64,000 nucleotides of DNA from an uncultured virus (IMG/VR IMGVR_UViG_3300017642_000077) (Duplodnaviria > Heunggongvirae > Uroviricota > Caudoviricetes). The stretch lies in the IMG/VR virus record IMGVR_UViG_3300017642_000077; one strand, given 5' to 3'. Shown one piece after another: positions 36,309-45,042 of this stretch (position 1 is the first letter of the stretch; every line of letters begins with the position of its first letter). A program made the translations under genes and the position numbers. The notes beneath the pieces are model-generated. The model saw only the letters and a list, made by a program, of their open reading frames with translations. It was not told the origin of the DNA and ran no database searches.

Positions 36309-37625
36309 CTACCATCCTGTTTGCTGTTGAAGGGAAAAGACGCGCTTAATCAGTGGGTATTCCTGATGAATGAAATACCCGGCAGCATCAACGGGGTGAT
36401 CATGCCCCGTTGTCTTGTCAGGCTCACCATTTGCGGACCACGCCTGTTGTTCCAAGGCATCGGCATAGGTTGGGCAGGTCGCTTGGTTCACAAGATAGCG
36501 GCGTTCTCCGGCTGCATTCAGGAACATGGCGTTCATGGAGTTCACGCGATCCTTAACCGGAGGGTTCGCGGCAGGAGCGGATATGGTAAACCCAGCCTGC
36601 TTAAGCAGCGCGATATCAGTCTCAGACGCGTTTTGCGATTTCCTGGAGCCCCCTGAAGCATCCGGGTAGACTCTGATTTGCCGCGAAGGCTGGTACATTT
36701 TCCCGTCGTAACGCCAGAATCGTTCCTTAATGCGACGAATCATATCCGGCGTGTCATAGGCGCCGACGATCTCATCAACCGCTCTGGGCAAGCCGTCGCG
36801 CTTCACGTGGACAATGGCCGCCATCTTGCCGACATTGAAATCCATGCCGACGAAAATGGCCTCGCCATCTTGAACAGTATCATTGCAGGTGCTCAGCTTT
36901 CTGTCATAAGCGACATAGACAGTACCTGTCTGAAGATTGACGAATTTCCCATTGATGTAGGCATCAATCAATTGCGGGGGGTACGACTGGAGAAGCGACG
37001 GGATGTAGTCGTCAGGAAGATTTGCGGCGTTATCGTATGTTGAAGCTTGGATAATCCCATATAAATTTTGAAGCGATTTGTTTTCTCGGATTTGTTTTAC
37101 AAATCTCGTATAGATAAAACGGAAACCTTCTGGCGTTGTTGTGACGTCAATCCCATTAAGCAACCCGTCACGCTTTACGCGCATCCGAGCAAGTATTTTT
37201 CTCCAAGCAACACCAGCCTTTTCCATTGAAAGAACGTCTATTTCATCAACAAGAGCTTTCCCTATTTTGAACCCGACAATCGAAGCCGGATCTTCCATTG
37301 ACCGGCACTTAATTGTCCCCATGAATGTACGACCACGATACACGTCTACCTCGTGATCGCCTTGCCGAACCTTTGTAGTCAACCCCCAGTCTGCCAAAGA
37401 CTCTTCGACCGTGGGGTAAAACGTGTCCTTAATGTCTCGGTATGTCGGGGCAAAATATCCTGCGTCTACACGCGGCCACTCGTAAAAGTGCTTTCCAAGC
37501 GATCCGGCGCCAACCCACGTTTTCCCTCCTCCAAATCCCGTAACAAAGGCCTTGAACTTGTGGGGCATTGCTATAAAACGCGATTGTGGAACATTCATGG
37601 TCGGTCGGATGACGAGGTCGCTCAT
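36309..37625 (-). CDS. terL: Terminase large subunit
   Basis: GFGGGKT, LVDEID, TTTPEGF, GMDFN, YPDASG, DH.VDA.GY. Confidence 0.95.
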   Translation of the reverse strand: MSDLVIRPTMNVPQSRFIAMPHKFKAFVTGFGGGKTWVGAGSLGKHFYEWPRVDAGYFAPTYRDIKDTFYPTVEESLADWGLTTKVRQGDHEVDVYRGRTFMGTIKCRSMEDPASIVGFKIGKALVDEIDVLSMEKAGVAWRKILARMRVKRDGLLNGIDVTTTPEGFRFIYTRFVKQIRENKSLQNLYGIIQASTYDNAANLPDDYIPSLLQSYPPQLIDAYINGKFVNLQTGTVYVAYDRKLSTCNDTVQDGEAIFVGMDFNVGKMAAIVHVKRDGLPRAVDEIVGAYDTPDMIRRIKERFWRYDGKMYQPSRQIRVYPDASGGSRKSQNASETDIALLKQAGFTISAPAANPPVKDRVNSMNAMFLNAAGERRYLVNQATCPTYADALEQQAWSANGEPDKTTGHDHPVDAAGYFIHQEYPLIKRVFSLQQQTGW

Positions 37626-38182
37626 TCCTTGCGCCCATCCATAACCGCGATTTCAATCTTGACTGGCATCGGGCAATCGTCGCCGCCGGGGTTCTCTCGG
37701 AACAGGCCAAGGTGATTCCCAAGGTGCTGGAGAGCCCTCACCTTATCGTGCAGCTTAAACTTGGTTTTTTTTACCGTCTCGGCGTCGTCTCCACGGCCTT
37801 CAGTGTAGGTATCCTGGGTGATTTCGGAGACGGCGGCGAGTTTGACGTCATCGGCGTTAGTAAAGTCGAGGATAGGAACGCCAGTCCCTTGAATCTTGAC
37901 GAAGTCGGCGATGTTTGCAAACCCGACCTTAGCAAGTTCTTGGAGCACACGGTCTGCGGTGATCTCAGTGCGCTTGGCCCGTTCTGCCATCTCTTTCTTA
38001 ATCGCTTCCTGAACTGAACTTTTCTGAAGCAGATTGGCTCCGATCCGATAGGCGGTTTTTGGGCTGTACTTTGCTCGAATTGCGGCCTGAGTCGCATTCA
38101 GATCGATCATGTATTCCTTAACGAAAAGGCCTTGCTTCGGAGAAAGTACGCGTCTCTTTGGGTTTTTCTTAGGGGAGCTCAT
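37622..38182 (-). CDS. terS: Terminase small subunit
   Basis: KQ.LFV.EY.IDLNATQAAIRA.YS.KTA, KLHDK..AL..LG.HLG.F. Confidence 0.93.
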   Translation of the reverse strand: MSSPKKNPKRRVLSPKQGLFVKEYMIDLNATQAAIRAKYSPKTAYRIGANLLQKSSVQEAIKKEMAERAKRTEITADRVLQELAKVGFANIADFVKIQGTGVPILDFTNADDVKLAAVSEITQDTYTEGRGDDAETVKKTKFKLHDKVRALQHLGNHLGLFRENPGGDDCPMPVKIEIAVMDGRKE

Positions 38183-38381
38183 CCACCACCACCTTCCGCA
38201 TCGCCTTCGTCTCCTCACTCCCACACCACGGGCATCTCCCGAGTCCGATACCTCGCAGCATCTCAAACACTGTCACCATAAACACGGTCCCGCACTCCCG
38301 GCATTGCCGCTGCATCCTGGACGGATGCCAGCATGGTACGCGGTCTGTCCCTGGGTCGAGATACTCGGTCTCGCGGATCAT
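38169..38381 (-). CDS. Small Zn-ribbon hypothetical protein
   Basis: CRECG...CPWCG, overlaps both neighbours. Confidence 0.55.
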   Translation of the reverse strand: MIRETEYLDPGTDRVPCWHPSRMQRQCRECGTVFMVTVFEMLRGIGLGRCPWCGSEETKAMRKVVVDELP

Positions 38382-38854
38382 CCCGCCTTTCTCGCTTTCC
38401 GCTTCCGCATCGGCCTGCGCTCGGCCTCGCGTTCGGTCTTGAAAAGCTCCAGTTCTCGATTCTCGCGGTTGCTGCCGGCTGGCCTGACTTTATCCAAGGA
38501 CGGGTTTTCCAACGTAGGGCAATCCGACAGCCTCTTTAAAGAATGATCTAGTAAGGGACGCTCAAAAACGCGGTATTCCCGTTCATAGAGTCTCCCCTTT
38601 CCATCGCGCCGTCGTGAACCCCTGACGATATATCCAGCGGACTCAAGCTCCCGAATCGTCGCCCTCACGCTGTCCCGGCCATCCGTGGCGTGAGCCACGA
38701 GGTCGTGCTCTTTGACGATCCAATCGTCCGGCTTGGAGAGCAGGTAAGCGAGAAGCCCCTTCGCCTTCCAGGACAACCCCGAATCGTTGATGCTGAATTT
38801 GTCGAGCATCACGTACGGATTTTCGCGGTTCTTCTGGATGCGGAATGTAGACAT
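38378..38854 (-). CDS. Winged-HTH protein (replication-initiator N-terminal-like)
   Basis: LSWKAKGLLAYLLSKPDDW...DL.....DGRDSV...I.EL..AGY. Confidence 0.75.
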   Translation of the reverse strand: MSTFRIQKNRENPYVMLDKFSINDSGLSWKAKGLLAYLLSKPDDWIVKEHDLVAHATDGRDSVRATIRELESAGYIVRGSRRRDGKGRLYEREYRVFERPLLDHSLKRLSDCPTLENPSLDKVRPAGSNRENRELELFKTEREAERRPMRKRKARKAG

Positions 38855-38857
38855 GTG

Positions 38858-39151
38858 TTACTTGCCCCCCAGCAGATGAGACACGGCCGCGCCGGCCGCA
38901 GCTCCGACAACTGTACCCACAGCGGTCAGGGTGGCCTGTTGGCCCCGGGAAAATGATCTGTGTTCCTTGAGGGCTTGGAGATCATCGCGTTGCTTGACCT
39001 GCTCGGCCTCGACGGACTCCAGCCGCTGCGACCTGGCCTCGCACCGCTCGGTGAGCATCGCCCGGACCTCGCGGACGAGGGCTGTCAACTCAGCGACGGC
39101 GGATCGTAGCTCATTGACCGCTCCCCACAGATCATCGATATCGTCACCCAC
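38858..39151 (-). CDS. Coiled-coil protein with C-terminal TM (holin/XhlA-like)
   Basis: Coiled coil followed by a hydrophobic tail, within the lysis cluster. Confidence 0.55.
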   Translation of the reverse strand: MGDDIDDLWGAVNELRSAVAELTALVREVRAMLTERCEARSQRLESVEAEQVKQRDDLQALKEHRSFSRGQQATLTAVGTVVGAAAGAAVSHLLGGK

Positions 39152-39509
39152 GCCCTCGCCCTCGCAGTTGTTTGTGGGCGAGCTTGCGCCCGTAAAATCG
39201 ACGGCCAAAAAATGTGACGGCCAGGTAATAGGTCAGACAGCGCAGAGCCCGCAGCGGCAGCAGCCACCGCGAGCCACGTCCACACAGGATCAGGAGATTG
39301 CACAGGAGCATGATATCGGCACGGGCCTTGGGACACCCCGTCCCATAGGCAACATCATGGCGGGCGCAGGCGGGATAGATATCGATCCCCCAGATTGAGT
39401 CGGGGACGAGCCACCGCGTCCACGTCCCGGCGCCACCGCACCCATTGATGAGGCGGGACCGCTCGTGGGGTTTGAGTCTGGACCATGCTGGTGGTGCGAG
39501 TAATTGCAT
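39144..39509 (-). CDS. Phospholipase A2-like protein
   Basis: NGCG...AC..HD..Y....K..AD......YY.AV..FG pattern. Confidence 0.65.
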   Translation of the reverse strand: MQLLAPPAWSRLKPHERSRLINGCGGAGTWTRWLVPDSIWGIDIYPACARHDVAYGTGCPKARADIMLLCNLLILCGRGSRWLLPLRALRCLTYYLAVTFFGRRFYGRKLAHKQLRGRGRG

Positions 39510-39514
39510 GCGCC

Positions 39515-39790
39515 CTAACTCCCCGCGACCGCCGTAGCGACCGTAGCCGCAGCCTTGGCCAGATATTGAGCCCATGCGACGTAGCCGGCGAGCTGCTTGG
39601 CCGTAGCCTCGTCGGCAGGCACGGCGGGTAGATTGGCGAGTGCGGTTGCCACCCCGTCCGCCTGTGTGGCGATGTCGGTAGCAGAGATACCAACCCCGGA
39701 GCCGGCGGAGGATTGGCCGGCCCCGAGATTGGCACAGGCGGGGAGGACGAGGCAGGACACGAGCAGTAGAGACACGGAAATATTACGCAT
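39515..39790 (-). CDS. Lipoprotein (spanin candidate)
   Basis: Signal peptide with lipobox LPAC, hydrophobic Ala-rich C-terminus, in the lysis cluster. Confidence 0.55.
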   Translation of the reverse strand: MRNISVSLLLVSCLVLPACANLGAGQSSAGSGVGISATDIATQADGVATALANLPAVPADEATAKQLAGYVAWAQYLAKAAATVATAVAGS

Positions 39791-40169
39791 TTGATGATCC
39801 TTTGGGCGGCTTGGCGGTGATGCGCCCCCAGGTAGCGAGCGCGGCCAGGCCAGAGGCGATGTACGGGTACATGCCGGCGAGCGAGTAATGCTCATTGCCG
39901 TGGTACAGGCCCCAGTCCAGGCCGTCCGGTCCGAGGATCTGGAGCCCGAGCATGCCGACCACGCCCCATTGTGTCTTGGAGGTGGCAAGCATGCGCAGAA
40001 CCGGCGTTATGACAGCCAGGAGCGCCGATATACGGCCTCCCACCGGCTGGCCCACCGGAGCGCTCGGGGGCGTGACATCCCCAGATCGAGCAGCCGGCAC
40101 CGGACATGCTGTGGATTGAGCCGGTGTTGCAGCCACATCCGCAACCTGGACCACAAGATCCTCACTCAT
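39783..40169 (-). CDS. Holin, putative
   Basis: SKT.WG and LA.WGRI.A motifs with two hydrophobic segments, follows the endolysin. Confidence 0.65.
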   Translation of the reverse strand: MSEDLVVQVADVAATPAQSTACPVPAARSGDVTPPSAPVGQPVGGRISALLAVITPVLRMLATSKTQWGVVGMLGLQILGPDGLDWGLYHGNEHYSLAGMYPYIASGLAALATWGRITAKPPKGSSNA

Positions 40170-41023
40170 TTGTCCTCCCAGAGCGCGGCCCACGTTTTTG
40201 GCCCCACCTGGCCATCAATCCCGAGCCCTCGCGCCCGCTGAAACGCCCTCACCGCATCGCAGGTACGACGCCAGTAGAGGCCATCAGCCCGACCAGCATC
40301 GGGATAGCCGAGCGCGACCAATCGCTCCTGGAGCAGGCGCACATCGTCGCCCGTGGATTGGAGCCGGAGCACATGGCCAGGGTAGGGGTGGGACTCGACG
40401 GGTTCGGGATCAGACGAGACAGGGGTGACGGACTCGGCATCATACGGGTGGCCGCAGTCAGCGAGCCCCCGCAGCAGGGCCATAGCCCCGCATTGCTTAC
40501 TGACCGCCGTAGCCGACCACGTACCGTCCCCAACATACTTTCCGCGTGTGTACGCGGTCGTGTAGCTCCACAGGTAGGGGCTCGGCACCTCGGGATGATG
40601 CAGGCGGTAGCCCCAACCGTTGTAGCCCTCCAGGACGTAGCACAGGCCGGGGATGGACCAATCGGACCACTTGTTGACGTTGTGCATAATCAGGGCATCG
40701 CAAGCGCTCTCCTCCCATGAGTAGGGCGGGGAGCCGGCAATAGGTCGCCCGGCCGGCACATGGGTGGTCCTTGCTTTGAGTGGATCGCCATTATGGAGAT
40801 GCCGGGTAAAATCGAGCCCGCACTCCATGGCATGGATCAGGGCGACTAGATGGGCCGGGCAACCCAGGGAGGAGGCTACCTCCTCATACCGAGGCCAGGA
40901 CGCGGCCAGCCTGCGGGCCACTCTGGCGACCTCAGCCCGCCGCTCGGGGCGGATCGTGGCCTCGGCATAGAGCCGGGCATACTCAGCTCGGAGCGCATCG
41001 GTGAGACTGATTTTTTGGCCCAT
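40166..41023 (-). CDS. Endolysin (lysozyme-like plus C-terminal peptidoglycan-binding domain)
   Basis: IH.ME, LHNGDPL, E.YNG.GY, SPYLWS, GKYV.DG, PG_binding_1 (LQ.RL..LGY...DG...AVRAFQ..RGL.IDG.VGP.TW). Confidence 0.9.
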   Translation of the reverse strand: MGQKISLTDALRAEYARLYAEATIRPERRAEVARVARRLAASWPRYEEVASSLGCPAHLVALIHAMECGLDFTRHLHNGDPLKARTTHVPAGRPIAGSPPYSWEESACDALIMHNVNKWSDWSIPGLCYVLEGYNGWGYRLHHPEVPSPYLWSYTTAYTRGKYVGDGTWSATAVSKQCGAMALLRGLADCGHPYDAESVTPVSSDPEPVESHPYPGHVLRLQSTGDDVRLLQERLVALGYPDAGRADGLYWRRTCDAVRAFQRARGLGIDGQVGPKTWAALWEDK

Positions 41024-41138
41024 GCCGCCTCCCGCCCGGACGGTCCGGGCTTTGGGTGGAGGCTAACCATGCGCGGGGCGAGAAAACTAGGGTATATGGG
41101 CTATATAGGAAAAATCTGGACAAATTTTTCGGGCCGAC

Positions 41139-41169
41139 TTGACAATCTACAGGCCTAGGCCTATATATT
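41139..41169 (+). promoter_or_regulatory. Consensus-like promoter with palindromic operator in the spacer
   Basis: TTGACA (41139), 17 bp, TATATA(TT). AGGCCTAGGCCT palindrome at 41151-41162. Confidence 0.65.
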
Positions 41170-41218
41170 TATTAACGGCGGACGGGATAGGCCCGGGGCT
41201 AAAACGAGCGAGAATGCC

Positions 41219-41692
41219 ATGAGCGTGATAAGCGAAATCCACGAGATCATAGAGTCCGGAGAATACGCCTGCTACGCTACCAGGGTTGCCTCCGACCACG
41301 TGATTATTGGTCAAACGATGCCGGCTAGCCGTAGGTGGTACGATGGCTCCCCGGTCAACTCCTATAGATGGGTCGCCGAAGGAGACGTTAGAGAATTTGA
41401 ACGCATGGGCTATGAACGTATGACCAATGAAGACGCTGAATTAATGCAGGCCAACGGGTATTGGGGAGAAGGTGGAGTGCTCATGGTAAACTGGAACGAA
41501 TACGAATTACTTGACGGTACGTGCGGTGTGAACATCAATGGCAGAACAATTGAAAAGTCTATTGAAGTTTCGAACAAGTACAATGGAGACTATATAATGC
41601 TGATAGCTGGTGATAATTTTGAAGAAGGCAACGACACAAGAGAAGTTGTCATAGAGAATGCCACAGTCCTTGGTGTCTGGCAAAAGCAATGA
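41219..41692 (+). CDS. Acidic hypothetical protein (anti-defence candidate)
   Basis: 157 aa, Glu/Asp-rich, first gene of a two-gene opposite-strand operon. Confidence 0.7.
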   Translation: MSVISEIHEIIESGEYACYATRVASDHVIIGQTMPASRRWYDGSPVNSYRWVAEGDVREFERMGYERMTNEDAELMQANGYWGEGGVLMVNWNEYELLDGTCGVNINGRTIEKSIEVSNKYNGDYIMLIAGDNFEEGNDTREVVIENATVLGVWQKQ

Positions 41693-41892
41693 ACCAGATC
41701 CTATTAACCACCACCGAAGCCGCCGCCGCGCTTGGCTTGAGCATCAAAACCGTGCAATCTCTCATCAAGCGCGGCCGTCTCCCGGCCGAGAAAAAAGGAC
41801 GCGACTGGATGATTAAGCGCAAGGATGTGGAGGCTCACGAAAGGGGGAAGGGTGGACGCCCTAAGCGTAAGGTTGATCCCCTGGATATCTGA
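41689..41892 (+). CDS. HTH_17/excisionase-like DNA-binding protein
   Basis: LTTTEAA..LGLS.KTV..LI.RGRLPAEK.GRDW.I plus GGRPK, ATGA overlap. Confidence 0.82.
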   Translation: MNQILLTTTEAAAALGLSIKTVQSLIKRGRLPAEKKGRDWMIKRKDVEAHERGKGGRPKRKVDPLDI

Positions 41893-42043
41893 CCCTCAAA
41901 ATAGTTTCCCCCGTCACAACCTGACGCCCACATTTCGGGCATAGACGGACTCTCTCGATGGATTTTTCGAGGGGGTCCGTCTCGACAACACGGATTTTTG
42001 CCCCGCAATTGGGGCACAACGTCAACTCGCTCACCCTATCCAC
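41861..42043 (-). CDS. Ogr/NrdR-like zinc-ribbon protein (possible late activator)
   Basis: CPNCG..RVVET.....R.R.CPKCG...T.E. Confidence 0.55.
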   Translation of the reverse strand: MDRVSELTLCPNCGAKIRVVETDPLEKSIERVRLCPKCGRQVVTGETILRVRYPGDQPYA

Positions 42044-42095
42044 CTCCTACGCAGCCCTTCGCCGGTCCCTACGCAGCAACTCGCCGGTTTCAAAA

Positions 42096-42647
42096 TTACG
42101 CCGGAATTTGCTTGATTCTCCACTTCCCGCCTTTCCACTGGCACCAATAAAAACAAATGGTTGCATTCATTCTCGCGGCGACTTTTGCTTTTACCCTGGC
42201 ATCATCCCAGACGTGGGCGCCTTTAACCTCGTGGCACTCCTCCCGACCGTCTGCCAGCCGACACCACCAGTCGGGCGTATAGGTGCAGCGATGGGCCAGC
42301 TCGAATGTGCGCCCCTCGAATACGCACTCGGCAATCTCCCCTGACAGGATGCGCGGGATTAAAAATTCATCTCGGTACCGCTGTTCGGTCTGGTTGGGCA
42401 CCCCGGTCGTGTGGCTATTTCGTCCTATGCTGCCACCTGCTGCGTTTTTCTGCCCATCCGTGGTAGATTGTTCGTCCCGACTACCCATCGCGCCTCTCGT
42501 GACCGATTTGACGCAAAAATCAGTATGTGCATTTTTTGCACACACTGAGGCCTCTCTATTCGCCTTGGCCGACATCGCGGCAATCCAGGCAGCGGGACCG
42601 CCGGGATAGGCGTGGAGGGCGGAGGCGGGGTAGGATTCTTGGGTCAT
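42096..42647 (-). CDS. DUF1064-like PD-(D/E)xK nuclease
   Basis: N.TE.RY, FE, YTPDW, HEVKG, DDARVK.K.AA. Confidence 0.75.
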   Translation of the reverse strand: MTQESYPASALHAYPGGPAAWIAAMSAKANREASVCAKNAHTDFCVKSVTRGAMGSRDEQSTTDGQKNAAGGSIGRNSHTTGVPNQTEQRYRDEFLIPRILSGEIAECVFEGRTFELAHRCTYTPDWWCRLADGREECHEVKGAHVWDDARVKAKVAARMNATICFYWCQWKGGKWRIKQIPA

Positions 42648-42841
42648 AAGTTGTTAAGTTTTTCTTCTTGATACTGGACAAAATCATCTCGTCTTTTCTT
42701 GGATTCTGGATTGTTTTGTATATTACGTCTCTCTTCTGGAGAAAGACAGACATGTGCACTCCCAAATATAAACTTGTTTAGGCAGACAACCTGCCCGCAG
42801 ATTGGGCAAACATCGTACATCTTTTTACCGATGAGTTTCAT
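42644..42841 (-). CDS. Hypothetical protein
   Basis: 65 aa, CPICG...HVC, GAGGA SD. Confidence 0.5.
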   Translation of the reverse strand: MKLIGKKMYDVCPICGQVVCLNKFIFGSAHVCLSPEERRNIQNNPESKKRRDDFVQYQEEKLNNL

Positions 42842-43132
42842 ATTCTATCTTCCTCACATCCCCTCATCCGATGCAGATCGTTCCAGGCGCTGATAAGGAA
42901 CTTCAAATCATTTGCATTAAGATCGTAACCAGATACTGCATTATTCCTCCTCAAAATCATATTTGTTTATAAAGTTTTTTTACTTCGATTCGAGAGAGAC
43001 GGCGCCGGGCGCGTGCCATAATTTTTCGCGCTACCTTGCCCCATGACCGTGGTTCTTTTGGCCAACACCATCCAAACAACCGCTTTTCTGTTTTACAGAC
43101 TGGTTTGGCCATTATTACCCTCGAAAAGCATG

Positions 43133-43360
43133 TCATATGCCCTCGTCATCATCTTGTTTGGTTTCATTGTTTTCCGACCATCCGCCATATGGACACAAAT
43201 AGGGCACTTTCGTAAAATCTCCAGTAAATTTATGCCTTACAATTATTGTTTTGCCACATTTTCTACACCCATAAATAAGATGGTATTCCCATCCACAATA
43301 TGTTTCTTTTTTTAATACATAATCATGTTTACATAATAATCTTCCAAAAAATCCTTTCAT
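43133..43360 (-). CDS. DUF1660-like small Cys/His protein
   Basis: RLLCKHDY...CRKCGK. Confidence 0.5.
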   Translation of the reverse strand: MKGFFGRLLCKHDYVLKKETYCGWEYHLIYGCRKCGKTIIVRHKFTGDFTKVPYLCPYGGWSENNETKQDDDEGI

Positions 43361-43675
43361 TTATCCCCCATCCCCGCGAATTCTCACGGTCCCCATCCAG
43401 TTATTGGCCTCGCAGCGCTCTCTAATTCTAGATAGGCGTCCATTCAACTCTAAGTTCTGCTCCAATATCTCTTCAACAATAGCTTGTAGACCAGCAATTG
43501 TCTTTCGACGATATTGCGCATCTCCCATATCGTCTTCCGTGGCCACGTCATACGCAAACATGGACGGTCGTTCGCACATTGGGCAAATAACCTGAGGCAT
43601 AAACGAATACGCAATTATCCCGCAATTCATACATTTCCAAGAGGAGTGGACCTCAAGCCTATCATTTTTGTCCAT
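43361..43675 (-). CDS. Hypothetical protein (rubredoxin-like CxxC pairs plus coiled coil)
   Basis: WKCMNCG...CPMC. Confidence 0.5.
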   Translation of the reverse strand: MDKNDRLEVHSSWKCMNCGIIAYSFMPQVICPMCERPSMFAYDVATEDDMGDAQYRRKTIAGLQAIVEEILEQNLELNGRLSRIRERCEANNWMGTVRIRGDGG

Positions 43676-43724
43676 CCTGTATTCCTTGCCCCGCCCATCG
43701 TCGAACGGGGCTGCGTTGCGCTGG

Positions 43725-44042
43725 CTAAGCCCGCGTCTCGTCCAACCGATGGTCACCGCACCAATCCATCGCAAAAACCGGCACAAATCCGTTCATGGTC
43801 GGACAGTGCCGACGGCAGCGTCCGAGAGGACCCCGGGAATCACTGGTCTCCAGGACAGTAACAGGCCGATAATTTTTTGCCACAAACCACATGCAGGTGT
43901 GGCACCGCATCCCGTCCGAACGATGCAGCCAGGGATCTTTCGGAGGCGTAGAGCACGGTTTTTTGCAGTCGTCGAGAGACTGGCGTTGTAATTCTGCTTT
44001 TTCCTGACCCATGGGAGTCATGATCTTTTCGTAGTCGTTCAT
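43725..44042 (-). CDS. Cys-rich phage hypothetical protein
   Basis: C.TC.WF...GRCRRH.P...DWCG.H, AGGAGG upstream. Confidence 0.6.
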   Translation of the reverse strand: MNDYEKIMTPMGQEKAELQRQSLDDCKKPCSTPPKDPWLHRSDGMRCHTCMWFVAKNYRPVTVLETSDSRGPLGRCRRHCPTMNGFVPVFAMDWCGDHRLDETRA

Positions 44043-44056
44043 GTTTCTCTGTCCTC

Positions 44057-44482
44057 CTACTGCTGCACTTCGGTGGCCGGCTTCTTGGTCCGTCGTTCCC
44101 ACAGGCGCATGTCCTTCATTTTCTTGCGCCGTTCCCGTTGCAGGGATTTTGCGGCCAGGGGCGCGCCCTTCTTGTAGCCCCACTTGGCCCGGTACTCCTC
44201 GGGAGTCAGGCCGTGGGTGGCGAGATGCTTGCGGGTGATGACCTTGAAGCTCTTGCCGCACTCAAGGCAGGTGATGGAGGACTCCCGGATAGCCTTCTTG
44301 GGGTCCATGGCCGGGGCGGGACTTCCGCCCGGCTCAGGGACCGACATCGTCCCCGCCGCGACCTGGATGCCGTGGGCCACGTTGCCGATCATCGAGACAA
44401 TTTCGTCCTCGGTCATGGGGCGAGCCGAGGCCTGGGCGCGCACGATTTCAACAGCCGCTTGCATCGCTTCTTTCTGGTCCAT
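44057..44482 (-). CDS. MucR/Ros family transcriptional regulator
   Basis: ITCLECGKSFK.IT.KHL..HGLTP.EYR.KWG......L.A..L...RR. Confidence 0.9.
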   Translation of the reverse strand: MDQKEAMQAAVEIVRAQASARPMTEDEIVSMIGNVAHGIQVAAGTMSVPEPGGSPAPAMDPKKAIRESSITCLECGKSFKVITRKHLATHGLTPEEYRAKWGYKKGAPLAAKSLQRERRKKMKDMRLWERRTKKPATEVQQ

Positions 44483-44494
44483 TTCCTGTTCCTC

Positions 44495-44806
44495 CTATCT
44501 TTTTGCAGGCTTCTTGATATAATAATCAGAATCCCATTGAATTGTTTTCTTCAGTTCTGTCGGCATAACAACACCCCTGTTCAACAACGAACATACGCGT
44601 GCTGCGGTTTCACGCACCTTCACAGCATCGTCTTTTGGACCAACGACGCGAGAAAATACCTTTCCTTTTTTTACACGATCATTCCTTGGTTGCGGGTAAG
44701 CCTTTTCTACCCACTGAAAAATTCCCAAGGAAAAATTGTTTCCTTGAACGCTCGAATGGGCTGGGTCACACGAACCGAAAAAATCATATTGGCCAACGTC
44801 AGGCAT
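44495..44806 (-). CDS. Hypothetical protein
   Basis: 103 aa with GGAGGA SD. Confidence 0.55.
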   Translation of the reverse strand: MPDVGQYDFFGSCDPAHSSVQGNNFSLGIFQWVEKAYPQPRNDRVKKGKVFSRVVGPKDDAVKVRETAARVCSLLNRGVVMPTELKKTIQWDSDYYIKKPAKR

Positions 44807-45042
44807 CTTTCCTCCTGCCGGCTAGGCCGGGTTGATAGTGCTTTCTTTGATCCATATCTGTATTTCTGGATCGTCAATACAGTATCCAGTCCAGAACAGA
44901 CATCGTTTGCAGGGACGTTTACATCCTGGGCGCGGACCGCATCCGACAAAATTAACACACTGCCTCGACAATCCATCATCACAATTTTCTGGGTCTTCGG
45001 CTATGCGCTCATACAACGGAACAAGCAGATGATGGATGTTCA

